A DNA stretch of 63,566 bases, counting the filler, from Choristocarpus tenellus KU-1152 (lineage: Eukaryota; Protista; Phaeophyceae): the NCBI GenBank assembly GCA_964200185.2. It is 13 parts of 13 records of this genome, joined end to end, with 100 filler letters (N's around TTAATTAATTAA, not from the genome) between each part and the next. Parts side by side here need not be neighbours in the genome. Positions count along the whole stretch, not along the records: positions 1 to 5,762 come from CAXNAD020009813.1; positions 5,863 to 10,953 come from CAXNAD020011910.1; positions 11,054 to 15,877 come from CAXNAD020012928.1; 10 more parts are not named here. The stretch is one strand, 5' to 3'. The translations under genes were made by a program, and so were the position numbers. Positions within the stretch are counted from its first letter, which is position 1; each line of letters opens with the position of its first letter. Below the pieces are notes generated by a model that saw only the letters and a program-made list of their open reading frames with translations, was not told the origin of the DNA and made no database searches. This document shows positions 1 to 11,792 of the stretch, piece by piece.

Positions 1-187
1 CTTGTGGCTATGGACCGTCTTGTGATCTTCACAAAAGAATAGAACAGATCCCACAATGCCGTGAAATACTTGTAACCTATCGTACAATAAATGAACTGGA
101 TAACCAGTAAAATTCTCGTCCTATATAGTGTTGACTTGAGAATTCGTGTTTACTGTTATCATACCCCTTTGCATAGTTTGTATATTT

Positions 188-1121
188 TATTATTATGTCC
201 TCTGACATTTTGCAGATGTGTCAGGAGAAAAATTAACAAAAGCTATTCACATGTCCGAATTAAACGTGAAAAAGTAACAGTTGTCGTAAATGCGAAAAAC
301 CTCAATCTATTCGCTATTTTATTACCAGTTATAATACACCGTTCCCTTCCTGTGCCTCTAACCTAGTTTACTGTAGTCCTGTACTCCAGGGTAAGGGGTC
401 AGGGAGGCATCCCACAAATCTAACAAGTCCTCCTTGCCCATCTCCCTGGTGTCTCCAGCTTAAAGCGCACGAGACCCATCTGGGTAGGGCTACCTGTTTT
501 ATGACAGAAACTATTCGTTGTAGACGGGATTTGATCGCCCCTTTCCTGCTATAACCTCCTGTCCCTCTCCCCCCTACCGTGTGCGTAGCTAGCTCATCCA
601 GAAAAATTTCCGCTTGCTTTATAACCTATCGTTTCTGGCCTTTGCGGTGGAAAGTTTTGGGTGCATCGGTAAGCAAGCGTAAAAATTTCTGGATAATAAG
701 CTAGGTATACACATTGTAGGGGAGAGAGGGACAGGAGGCTACAGCAGGAAAGGGGCTGTCAAATCCCATCTACAACATAATATAGTACTGTAGTTTCTGT
801 CACAACCAAAGTAGTCCTATCTAGACGTGTCATGCATTTTAAGCTGGAGACACAACAAGAAAGGGGGAAGGGCAAGGAGGGACTTGTTAGATTCTTGGGA
901 CACTTCCCTAACTCCTCACCGTGGAGTACAGGACTAACCTAGGTTAGAGGTACAGAAAGGGAGCGGTGTAGCATTAGTGGCAGTGAAATAGTAATTAGGT
1001 TAATGTCTTTCACAGTTATGACAAGTGCTACTTTTTTAGGGTTATTTTGACATACATGTTAATAGTTTTCATTGGTTTTACCCTTGACGCATCTGTAAAA
1101 TGTTAGAGGGCATAATAATAT
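188..1121. repeat. ~930-bp imperfect inverted repeat (foldback element, or two head-to-head copies of a retroposon-like repeat)
   Basis: Arm ~188-620 is the diverged reverse complement of arm ~670-1121 along its whole length (e.g. tattatgtcctctgacattttgcagatgtgtcagg vs ccttgacgcatctgtaaaatgttagagggcataata; aatctaacaagtcctccttgccc vs gggcaaggagggacttgttagatt). The spacer is ~50 nt. Confidence 0.85.
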
Positions 1122-1442
1122 AGTAGGGGACTAGTCTTCATTCAGAGTTGTCAAACGTGAAAGATTCACTTCGTTCTCGCGTCTTGACATTTCTGATGAT
1201 CCTCTCCCACAAGATCCTCAGTCTGTCTGTCCCCCCATCAATCTTGTATTTGTCCAACCTTAACCTTGTCCTCTCCGTTATGGTTGATCTGGTCCTTTTT
1301 TCCCGGATAATTCTCTTCACCGTGATTGAACCAAGTCATGACGGAATCGGATTGTTTTTATATGGACGAGTAAAATGTCAAATAAAACAACATATTTGAG
1401 GAGGTAGTATGGATGTAAGTAGGATAATAAAAAATAATATAA

Positions 1443-1505
1443 GAACTTTCATTGATTTCCCCTGACACATCTGCAAAATGTCATAGGGCATAATAATAAA
1501 ATAAA
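1443..1505 (+). repeat. Solo copy of the terminal ~60 bp of the 188-1121 repeat
   Basis: ttcattgatttcccctgacacatctgcaaaatgtcatagggcataataataaaata matches 1066-1121. Confidence 0.8.
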
Positions 1506-1597
1506 AACAATATGAAAATAATTGATTTTCACATACTCTACCGTAGGCAAATGTGACCTTGTCAACTTGGGGAACGCATTCCCACTGGTATTTGATA

Positions 1598-4500
1598 ATG
1601 GAAGAACGCTCAGATCAAGGATTACATCAATCGTACGGCAGTATTGCAATGGGCGAATCCGTCGCACCATCAAGTTCAAGGGTACAGCCTGCAGTCGGGG
1701 AAAATTTGACTGCTGATGGAGTAAGACCAAGTCGCCGCAACCCGTACCTCAAGGTGCTCAGTGGTCTGGGCTTAATGGCACTATACGCTGCTTTAGCCTT
1801 CTCGCTGCAGAATGGAACGTCTCGTCCCGGGCTCGAGGTGAATCCTGTGAAGGATAACATGAAAGGAGCGAAAGGCTCGAGCTGGGAGAACGGCGTTCTT
1901 GCTGAGGTATGATAGTCCACATCGAGCACGACCCCTTCACAAGAGGTACTAATGCAACAATCGCCAGTGTCAGGTCGGATCTAACTCACGACCGTCCCGC
2001 CTTTTAATTTCCTTCGTGCTTTGTATAGGACATTCAGCTACAGCAGCATGACACTCCAAAATCTCCCCGGTTCCAAGACGAATTGTCAAACTCTCCTGGA
2101 AAGGGGACAAAAGGTGTATGGGACACTAGCCCATCCTCGACCGAGCTGTTTGTGCATGCCCGGAATGAGTACGGTGCATCGGATCCGGTCGCCCTTGCCC
2201 TCTACGGGTATGAGCTACTGGTAGAACCCTATAGAGAAACCACACTGTCGGTGGAGTTCTCAGACTCTGTAACAGCCGTGATGAGGGAAAGCCATCCATA
2301 TTTCCATTGGTACCTGGCTCTGGCTGATGATGACGGGTCGGTGATTGATGGGGTGGAGCCAGAGCTGGATGGAGAATACGGGGCGGAGGTTTTGGTCACC
2401 CTTAAAGACCCCGGAAGTGTGTACAGACTAACGGTGAGATACAGAGACGAGACGGTATGGGTGGGTTTGTTATTTGGGGGTCACAATGAACCTTTGATTT
2501 TAAAAGCTTAGTTTAGCTTCGAAAGGCTTAGCACAACCAATTTTTTTGCTGCATTTTTCTTCTTTCCCAGGATCGTTTCACGTTGGTGTGATCCCTGTTG
2601 GACAGGTGGTTATTGTGTAATGGAGGTTTTCATGACTATTTCTTGTTCAATGCCAATGGTACCAACAAGGTACTCTGAAGAAGTGCTGTTGCGCTAATGA
2701 GATTTTGTATAGGTAGCTCTTGTGCAGTACGTCGGACTTATTCCCGATGAAGAATGGCAGGTATGCAAAGTTATGTTTCCTGAAATTGAGACATTTTGCG
2801 CTCTGGTTGATTAGTATTGACATTTGTTCTCCATGCAGATACGCAATATTATGTTTAGAATGGTGTTGGGTGGACTGAGCAACTTCCACCGAAGAGTTGT
2901 CCCACTTTTTAAAGGGTGGTGTTTAGCGTTCTATGTTCATAGGTACAGTGTAACTCTTCGAGCAATCAGACCTCAAACTCGTATACATTACCCTCCGTTC
3001 CGCACTCGCTGCATTCACATTCACTACGTGTGTTGAGGTAACAAACTTTATCGCGTAACATAAATAGCATCCTTGGAATAGTATATTACCTATCTCCCAC
3101 AACATGTAACCACTCTCAACCCTAATGCGACCTCATCAGGTCTCTGAGGTGTTCTCAGACAAGAGTGGAGGATTCAGAAGGACCGATGTAGCACAAGTGC
3201 CTACATCTGTGAGCTTGCTGGTGACGTGCAAGTATGTGAGGCGAGAACTACGACAGCTTACAGACCAGGACCTAGATGACTTCATGCACGCAATGAGCGT
3301 TTTTTATGATGTGGCGGAGTCAGATTCACCTGCCAACTACGGTCCAGACTTCATTACTGCCAAGGATATGGTGGCTTTGCACAGCTCTCTGGTAAGTTGT
3401 AGAAGAGGATGCATTCAGATGGATCATGCTCACTATGTATATTATTGGTGATGCTGTACCCTTCTAACTTTGGATCACATTGTAAGGGGCGTTCGAATCA
3501 GCAATTTGGTAGTGTTTCAGTCTGTCACACTCCCTCCCGTAGCCCTGCGTTGTTGAGTTGTAGCTCTTCAAGATGACCTCCGCTTACAAGATTGATTTTT
3601 GCGTTGGATTCCTTAGGATATTCTACATTTAAAAGTATATTATGTAAATATGTATGTCGTTGTAGGTGACTCAGTCTACTTCGAACGCTGTAGCCAATCT
3701 GCCTTCCCGCCCGCTGCCCTTTTTTTGTCCTTGTGCGCTCTACCTTGAAAAGCTACAACTTAACGGCACAAACTGATGGGGGACACTATTTCGGAACCAT
3801 TTCAGAACGGAATTCATTGTACAATTATATATATTTTTTGTAATTCGTGTAGAGTGTTCCAAAAAATCCAAGGAAAGAATCCGTTTCGTTGTTGAAGATA
3901 ATCTCGAAGAGGTACAACTTCACAGAACAGACTTATGGAACAGAGGGAGTATGTATTCCGATGTAAGTGGCGTGAGCAGCAAGGGGATATTGGGTGAGAT
4001 CAGGGAAGGAGCTAGTGAGGTAGGCCGGGTTTGTGATTGTGCGGCCATGTCCTTATTTTGTGCAACAGCTACCAAATTTTATAAGTTGAAGGTAGATGAT
4101 CTCGTAGATACTTGTGCTGTAATACCACTTTATACGTGCCGTTTAAATTCGATTGTGTCTGGTACAGACACGGCATTTAGAGAAGTTTCCTATGCCAGTC
4201 GTAAAGGGTGTGTTTATCTTCGCGTCAGTTGTATTTAATAGAAGTCACAGCTTGATGCTCTCAAAAACTGTCTGTGATTGTCTATCGTAGCTCTGCAGGT
4301 GTGTCCCAGTTTGGAGTTCTCTCTGAAGTACCGGCTCTATTATTATTTTTTGTTGCGAGGGTTACTGAGTTTTGCAGAGAGAGTGTCTTCTGCAACCTTT
4401 GTCTTGCAAAGTACAGGGACAGAACATGCCGCCTGCATGTATTACATGGGTGCACTTCGCATTGGAGAAGTACAAGTATTGGTTCGTCTTGCCTTGTGGA

Positions 4501-5018
4501 AATTCCTAGCAAAGCTGCCGTCGTTTTCATTCCCCTGTATCTATTGTAGTGCCTGTCAAAAGGTACCAACTTTTCAGTGCTGACTGATTGTTTGGCTTTG
4601 CTCCAAAGTAGTTGTATATTTGGTGCAATATATGTATATATATTTTAATGCAGGTGTGATCGTTTGTTCCGCTTTGGTAGGTGCCCCCGTCGGGAGCTAG
4701 ACAATATCAACTAAGATGTTTGAATCGCGCTTGTTGTGTGATTTGAAGTTTATTGTTTGCCTTTAGTGTTTCTCATGAATGAGACACAGTGTGTGCAAAA
4801 TAGATGTTGGTAGAATAGAAGCTAGCAGCTCACGCGTGTACCCTATCCCGTCCCCCTGCCTTCCATGGTTAGATATACTGCTACCACTTTGGTTTGCAGT
4901 TCATAACGGCTCACACGGCCTTCAATATCATGGTGGAAAGGTCGCTCCAGAAGGTCAGACCGCGTGTCTCTCTGGCCTTCTGGGACTCCATGATAGACAG
5001 CTCCACTCTTGGAACCAA
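1598..5018 (+). CDS. Tyrosinase (type-3 copper) domain protein with N-terminal membrane anchor; 5' part only, spliced
   Basis: Phase-compatible GT-AG exons 1598-1906, 2029-2454 (alternative donor at 2433), 3140-3391 and 4873-5018. The translation contains hydrophobic VLSGLGLMALYAALAFSL, then CKYVRRELRQLTDQDLDDFMHAM, and the CuA region ALHSSL|IYCYHFGLQFITAHTAFNIMVERSLQKVRPRVSLAFWD, matching the tyrosinase H...CxH..F...H...E..LQ...P.vsLpyWD pattern. The CuB exons are not visible before the contig end. Confidence 0.85.
3530..3949. mobile_element. Stowaway-like MITE (non-autonomous mariner derivative) in tyrosinase intron 3
   Basis: Ends are CTCCCTCCCGT...ACAGAGGGAG followed by TA. The subterminal sequence (gttgtagctcttcaagatgacctccg...ttgcgttggattcctt) matches the TIRs of the mariner at 19353-21303. 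Confidence 0.8.
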
Positions 5019-5640
5019 GTGAGAACATCCATAGATCTTCATTGTTTCCCCCTCACCCCCTTTACTTTACTTTACTTTACTTTACATCTTACGTTACAAT
5101 GTGGGGAAGAGTCCTTCCAAATGTGGTTGCCGTGTACAGCACTGACAGTCTTGTGATATATATATTAAATCTTGCACTGATGTGGGTTTTTCTATGAATA
5201 TATATATATATTTTAATAGTGTGCATCTTCAAGTATGTTGCTCACACACACTTGCGATGGTTTTGATTGTTTTTTATTTTCTCTGGGTGGTGGCGGCTGG
5301 GGGACTTGCTTCTTTCTTCACTCCATAGATTTCAATCCTTTTTTTATTTTTTTGTATGTTTTGAACTCTTTACCCGCCCCTTTGTTGCCTGAGGCTACGG
5401 AGACTAGTGCGAAGATGTTTGTGTTGGTATTTCCGATTTGAATTTAATGTGTGTGGGGAAAAAACATGAAAGGCGCGGTACTACTTTCATTGCCCCTGAG
5501 TTGCACGGGCCGGGCCGGGGGGGAAGGGGGGGGAAGAGGGATGAGGAGTTGACGTTTTGAGCGAATACCTATTCTATTCTGAAATGTGTGTAGAATCGTG
5601 TTTGTTCAATGGTTTATTTAAACTCCACAATTTATATTTA

Positions 5641-5671
<31 letters not shown>

Positions 5672-5762
5672 TCAAGAGTTTCCAACAGTCAATGAGGATG
5701 GTTCTCAGAACATTTTTTTTGCGCGGGTTGTGCCCTGTGATACGGATACAGGTAAATAATAG

Positions 5763-5862
5763 NNNNNNNNNNNNNNNNNNNNNNNNNNNNNNNNNNNNNN
5801 NNNNNNTTAATTAATTAANNNNNNNNNNNNNNNNNNNNNNNNNNNNNNNNNNNNNNNNNNNN
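5763..5862. other. Artificial contig linker N44-TTAATTAATTAA-N44 (first of 12)
   Basis: Identical 100-nt linkers with stops in all six frames at 5763, 10954, 15878, 18975, 25314, 32628, 40018, 46647, 50002, 53071, 56344 and 59692. A separate 10-N gap lies at 30958-30967. Confidence 0.98.
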
Positions 5863-5992
5863 GAAATTGCAAAGAGGGGGGGTGGGAAAAAGGCAAAGGC
5901 AAGCGAAAAACAAGCAGGGGGGGGGGGGGGCACGGGGACAAGTGTGGGAATTACCAAGGCGTCTCTGCTATATTATCGTTCCTTTTTCTCAC

Positions 5993-7683
5993 CCAGAACA
6001 AGTCTAGGGCTTGGGGGGTCATCTTGCTTCGGCTTTGCCACTCTCCGCCGTTTGTGTTAGCCGGAGACTCCCACTCTGGCTTTATCCCCTTCTTGAAGAT
6101 GCTGAAGGAGTCAATCTGACGCTCCCCAACCTTCTTCCTCATGGTCCCATCAAACATAACCTGTTGTGTTGAGGGAGAGGGTAAGGGGGAGAGTGCCCCC
6201 GGGGAGTGGGGGTTTGGGGGGTGGGGTGGGGGGGTGGGGGGGGGAGGGCACACGGACATCTTAGCGTTAGAATTTGTACCCCCTGTTTGTGCACTCAACC
6301 CCTTTAAAAAAATCCACTTCTCAGGACTCAGTGGAGATGCTGACGGACTTGACTTGATACATACATATCCTTCAAACAAGATTGGACGAGGATTAGCAGC
6401 ATTAATCCACACACTAACGGCCAACCTAATTAGATTCTCGACAGAAACTTGCCTCTCATTCCCCCAACACCCGCTGGCCCACCAACACGGCAATGCATTG
6501 CACTGCTGGTCAAAGGCGGACCATCTCTTACCTGACTGGGCTTGGGTACATTGTTGAACACCTTCCAGAAATCCTCCACCGTTGAAAACTCGGACAGCGA
6601 CTGCATGTTGTTCCCCCAGTCGGCGTCAGACTTTGTCACCTGCAGTGTTGAGTCAGGTACATGGTGGCATATGGTTGGAAAGTCGAGGTCAGGAAACAAT
6701 AGGAGAATATCAACGGTTGATCAAAAGGTGGGAGGTCGAAAATATCACTAGAAGCAAGCGTAAATTGGGAGAGCGTAAGGGTGGGTGGAGGCGGGAATGT
6801 CAGTTAAGGGAAGGGAGAAAGGTGATATTTGCGGGCAATGATAGTGGGGATCAACAATTTTTCAAGATGGAAGGAGTGTCTGTACGTTGTATCAGATGCT
6901 TGAGGCAGGTGCCTGCATGAGATGTGTGTGTACATACTGTACAGGTCACGATTAGTATTTGTATGCTCTAACTATCATAACTCGGCACGGTAGGGATGGT
7001 CCTTCCATTTCTCTGTCTGATGTCGTCGAGCAGGTCGGATTACATCTTCCTCCTGGTAATGAAATCATCCAGTCCTAAATGACATTAATATTAGTATTGC
7101 TACGGGTTAGCACGCCAACAGGACCATTACCCTCTGTGCCCCCCTCCCTGTGGAGATCAGCACACTTCTATGGGAGGGAACACAGTTTTTGCCTTTTCTT
7201 AAGGGAAGGACAAGGGGCAACAATAGCTCTGCTTGGGAAGGCCTTCCACATTGAATGGACACCGGGGGTCAAAATGAGGCACTGGTGTTACCTAAGGAAT
7301 TGATACAGCACTGGCAATACTCCCTCAAGTATTTCTGCTCACACAGCATTGACCACAAAATGAGCCAGCTTGCAAAAGGTATACTACTCCGCACGTCCAC
7401 CTGGGTCTTACAACAACCAAGCTGAACTAAACTTCCGTGTTTAACTTTGTCTTGCCTCATAATCATCACCAATACTCTTGTCATCACCATTGCACACGTT
7501 ATGAATAGTGAATAGGAACTACAGTCAAGAAAAGCGAAGGGGGTAGATGCTGATACTTGGATCTCGTAAAAGCTGCCCACTACGGATAAGAGGTGGATAA
7601 CAAATAAAATAATAACTAACCTGGTGCTCCCAAATACACCAAGTGTTCTGAAGGGGATGCAGCTTTGGCGTTCCGTTCGACAT
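5993..7683 (-). CDS. EIF4E: Translation initiation factor eIF4E (cap-binding protein), exons 1-3, 3'-truncated by contig end
   Basis: GT-AG exons 7683-7621 (MSNGTPKLHPLQNTWCIWEHQ), 6639-6532 (VTKSDADWGNNMQSLSEFSTVEDFWKVFNNVPKPSQ) and 6160-5993 (VMFDG...FSIFKKGIKPEWESPANTNGGEW...LDLFW), all phase 0. The HPL..W..W, TVEDFW and FK.GI.P.WE motifs are diagnostic. Confidence 0.95.
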
Positions 7684-8112
7684 GGTCAGGCCTTTCTTGT
7701 CCACCCTACAATCCCCCTTGGTGCCTCTACTTCCCAGGTTCCAGTTTAATTGTTAGGCGCTAAAAATACGACACACTCCTTAACAAAGGAATCGTGACTA
7801 TTTACCGTCCAAGGCAAGGACACACAGACAATTGTTGTCGTATCCCCTATGACTTGGCTTCTTGCTGAGACTCTGGTGTTTGAGATCAACCTCGTTCCTA
7901 TCTTCTTCGCCTCCATTTTTAGCCGGTGGTCTTCGTAACAGCAAGGTTTTTCAAAAAACTGTTGTACACCTTCAAACCAAACTTGTATTCGAAACTGATT
8001 TGAGGAATAGTGGAAAAGGTAGGAGTGAAGGAGGGCTTCACAACGATCTGTGTCAGACGTGGGTTTTTGTTTTTCGACCTTACTGTCGGCGAATCCCTCA
8101 TGATTGTGTATA

Positions 8113-10331
8113 ATGAAACCTGCGAGAGGTCGAGGTGACGGTGGGATGCCAGACCATGTAAACATCCGGTCTCTGATCGAGGAGCAACAGAAGGAGCTCG
8201 CGATGCTGAAGAGAGCTTGTTCTTCCGCCGTCACCGATTCATACTCGAGTACCAGTGGAAGGTTAGAGTGGATATTGATCTGATTATCACACGAGCATCC
8301 CACCCCATGCCTTCATGATGTATTTCTTAGGCTCCCGTTTACCGTCTTCCTAACGTACACGAACCTACAACTACTTGCACACATCTTGGGGTGCCCCAAG
8401 TTTGACTCCAATCGATTTTCGATTTATTTTCCTAATATCATGGGATGGCATCTTGCACCGACAGCTAGTTAGCTGATTTTCACCTCAATGGCGTCCTCTC
8501 AGGGGAATAAGGAATGCTGACGAAGACAAGGGAGGTGAAACGCAGCAAGATGATAGATTTGCAGCAAGGTACGAGGGTCGGGGTTAGCAGCCTACAGAGA
8601 GTATTGGCTTATATCGGGTGCCATATTCTGGATTGAAACGAGCACTCTTCGATCTCTACTGTCAGATCTTGTTTTTTCCTCATTCTACTAGAGGTTGTAA
8701 GTACTTCCTAGAGTCAACCCTAACTCAAATCCCAACATTTCAATGCCCCAAGGGTGAACCTCCGAACCTGGCACTGTAAGCTGAAAAATATCTGAACATA
8801 ATCGACCCACAGCACTCCCCGATCAGGGTCAAGAAAGACCGAGGAAACGAAACACCAGGAAATCAGCAGATGGAACCATGAAGGAGCACGGCTGTTCGAT
8901 GGCCTTGGTAACTTGCCCCCCCTACCGAGCAAGACCCCATCCTCACTTTCAAATCTCAAACCACCACCCCCTTCCTCCACCATGACCTATATTACTGGCG
9001 GTAGCAGCTCCAGTGGAGGAGCTCACAACGCTAGTCTTCGTGATTCGGGAAAGGGTGACTACAAAACCCACCACCCCACGTTATCAGCCTCAAATGCCAT
9101 GTTCGACGCCGGTCCAACCCAGCGGTTGGACCACAGCGTTGAATACTCCCTTAGCAGGCCTGGAGAGGGAAGCGACAGGAGGTACTCGACCCTCAGCCAT
9201 ACCTTAACATCCCAGTCGGCAGGGCCCAACTATAGTTCCATCGCTTCCACTCCACTGCCTACCACTACTGTTGCCACCTCTGCCAGCAGATTGGGGGAAG
9301 CATCCCAAATGCAGGGGGGTGAGCACGAGGGACGCAAAAACTTCGGACTTACAGCACGATGGCGAGATCCACTTGTTTTTACTAAGGAAGCAAATGAGGA
9401 AGGGGCAAGGGCAAGGCTTGGCGATAAATCTGGGACAGAAGTTGGAGCGAGAGGCACAGTCGGGATCATGGCCAAAACTGGGGTCAAAACTCACGGAACT
9501 TCGCTTGGAGAGGGTGCAGGGGTGAACAAGGACCCCTGGTCTTCTGCTTCAACTCTGGCTTCACTGGAGCAGAGATTAGCAGGAGGAAGCCTTTCCCGGC
9601 AGGTGTCCTCTGGTTCATACACCGCCCCTTCTTCCACATATACCTCCTTTGATGCATCTTTGCTCACACCGGCAGCAACAACAACAGCAGGAGCAGTCCC
9701 TGCACCCTCACCCACATTCATGCTGGCCAGGGGATCTGACAGGGCAGGAGCGAGTGATAGAAAGGGAATGAGTGGGTTGGATAAGAGTGGGGGCGGCGGT
9801 GTAGGTGATAGGTTCCATGTTGACACCTCCCAGAGTGCCACCAGAGGTAGAGGAGATTTCCAGAGCTTAAAAGAGGCCCAAACGTTGGCTGATGCCCTTG
9901 CATCTGGCAGTGGGAATGGTGGTCATCACAAGTCTGGGTCGTATACCCTTGCAACCAATATTGGGCCTCCATCCACCAAGGCCACTGATGCTGCTGTTAC
10001 TGCTGCTGCAATAACTGGGGACATTTTAGCCCCTCCTTCGTCTCTCTTGGACCATGGTGTAGATACAGACAAACATGGGGCTTCCTCAAGCTACTTGGAC
10101 TCTTCAACGATGTATCCAAGGGTTCCCCACAGAGCAGAACCCAGAGCTCTTGGGGTTGAGCCTGGCGTCAATCCTGGACAGAGGTTGAACGCGGGGGGAG
10201 GGGTTGGGGTGGGCACTGGAACAGGAGCATGGCGAGGCACAAGTGGAAGTTATACCCAGATGGGTGATGACCTTGGGAGTAGCATTTCCTCTTGGAGGAT
10301 GGGGCATGGCTCTGCTGTAAAGGAAGAACAG
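8113..10331 (+). CDS. Unknown Ser/Gly/Ala-rich low-complexity protein, 5' part, divergent from eIF4E
   Basis: Exons 8113-8261 (MKPARGRG...IRSLIEEQQKELAMLKRA), 8503-8568 and 8813-10331 join with GT-AG sites in matching phase 2. The third exon is a ~1.5-kb stop-free frame (ORF 8913-10343). No domain recognised. Confidence 0.7.
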
Positions 10332-11792
10332 GTCTGTCTTTGACTATGGATATCTGTGCTGGGCGGGGGTGGGAGTGATGTGGGGTTGGCAATTGGATGG
10401 TATTGAGAAAGATGGGTGGGAGCTGGCGGGTTAGGAGCTGGGGAGTGGGGATGCTGGGAGATGTGCAGTACTATTTTTTTTACAATGGTGGGTGGGTAGG
10501 GCAGAGGGATGATATGAATTGTTGCACACATAGGCCATCCGCAAATGTAGCTGTGGACTAAAGGGTACATAACCCTAAACTTAGCCTTGTTCTTAAATAT
10601 AATTTGTAATTCAATAACATCAGGAGCTATATACATAGGTGAGTAGTGAGTTTCCTTTCACTACACGTGGGATTTTCCCTCCCACTGCACAGCACAGGTG
10701 ATCTCAATGGTGATAGATACCTACAGTACCATGGCCCTCTCCTCTCCATACACTTCAAGGATTCCTACTCTTGTTAGGGTTAGTCTTCCTTGTAGTGAGC
10801 TGACTGATGCAACTACTATGTCCCTTAGTAGTACCAGGCGATTGCTATGCCTACCTCACAGTCTGCGCCCCCCCCCCCCCCCCCCCCCCCCCCCCTTCTG
10901 GGCCTCAACCCCAAAACACCCCCGGTATTTGGTTGAGACGCGTGCTGGGGCGCNNNNNNNNNNNNNNNNNNNNNNNNNNNNNNNNNNNNNNNNNNNNTTA
11001 ATTAATTAANNNNNNNNNNNNNNNNNNNNNNNNNNNNNNNNNNNNNNNNNNNNCCAGTCAATTTTGGGTCAAGCTCATCCTCAACGAAAAGCTCCATCCT
11101 CAATTTTTGAAATCGGCTGTTAAATGGGTAGCCCAAAGGTTGTTGCAGCTTTACGTTGGATGTCCATTAAAACCAGGCAATGTATCTATCTGAGAATAAA
11201 ACATTGGTGGTGAACTAGGATTTCAACCCTCGCAATTCTTGGAACATGGTGCTGAAGAAATGATTGATGGTGGTAATAACACCGTTCAAAACAATTGTGA
11301 CGATTTCTATGCACTCGCTAAAAAATACACTACTGACAATGATGACGATGTGTGCACTCGCTAAAATGATACCCCCACAACAGGACGAATCAAAGTGTGC
11401 GGGCGTGGTCACCAACAGGTTCATTGTGAAGAGTAGGCTCTGTTGGACATCTCAAAGGCAACAATCCGTCAAACACTGGAAATAACAAACTAGAGTCAAA
11501 ATGTAGAAGCCTCCATACAATAGTTGATCCCTAGTTAAATAGTGTTGCACACACAGATTGTCACGACTACTCAATTAAAAACGTTTTGAATGGTGTTTTG
11601 TACCTTCATGTGTGCAACATGTCATTTTATATGTATGTATTGATGTATTAGATGTGTTGTGCGCAGAGTTGTTATTTTCGTTCACATGCCTACCCAAGGA
11701 CCGCAAACCCGCTTCGAACCTTCTTGTCCCAAATGTTTCAGAACTACAACAGTTGTAGAGAAATGCATTACCCGATGCCACTCCAAGTAGGC

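Noticed and set aside
7746-8303. 185-aa minus-strand ORF as a gene
   Set aside because: It is antisense to the better-supported plus-strand exon 8113-8261 and the intergenic promoter region, with no recognisable domain.
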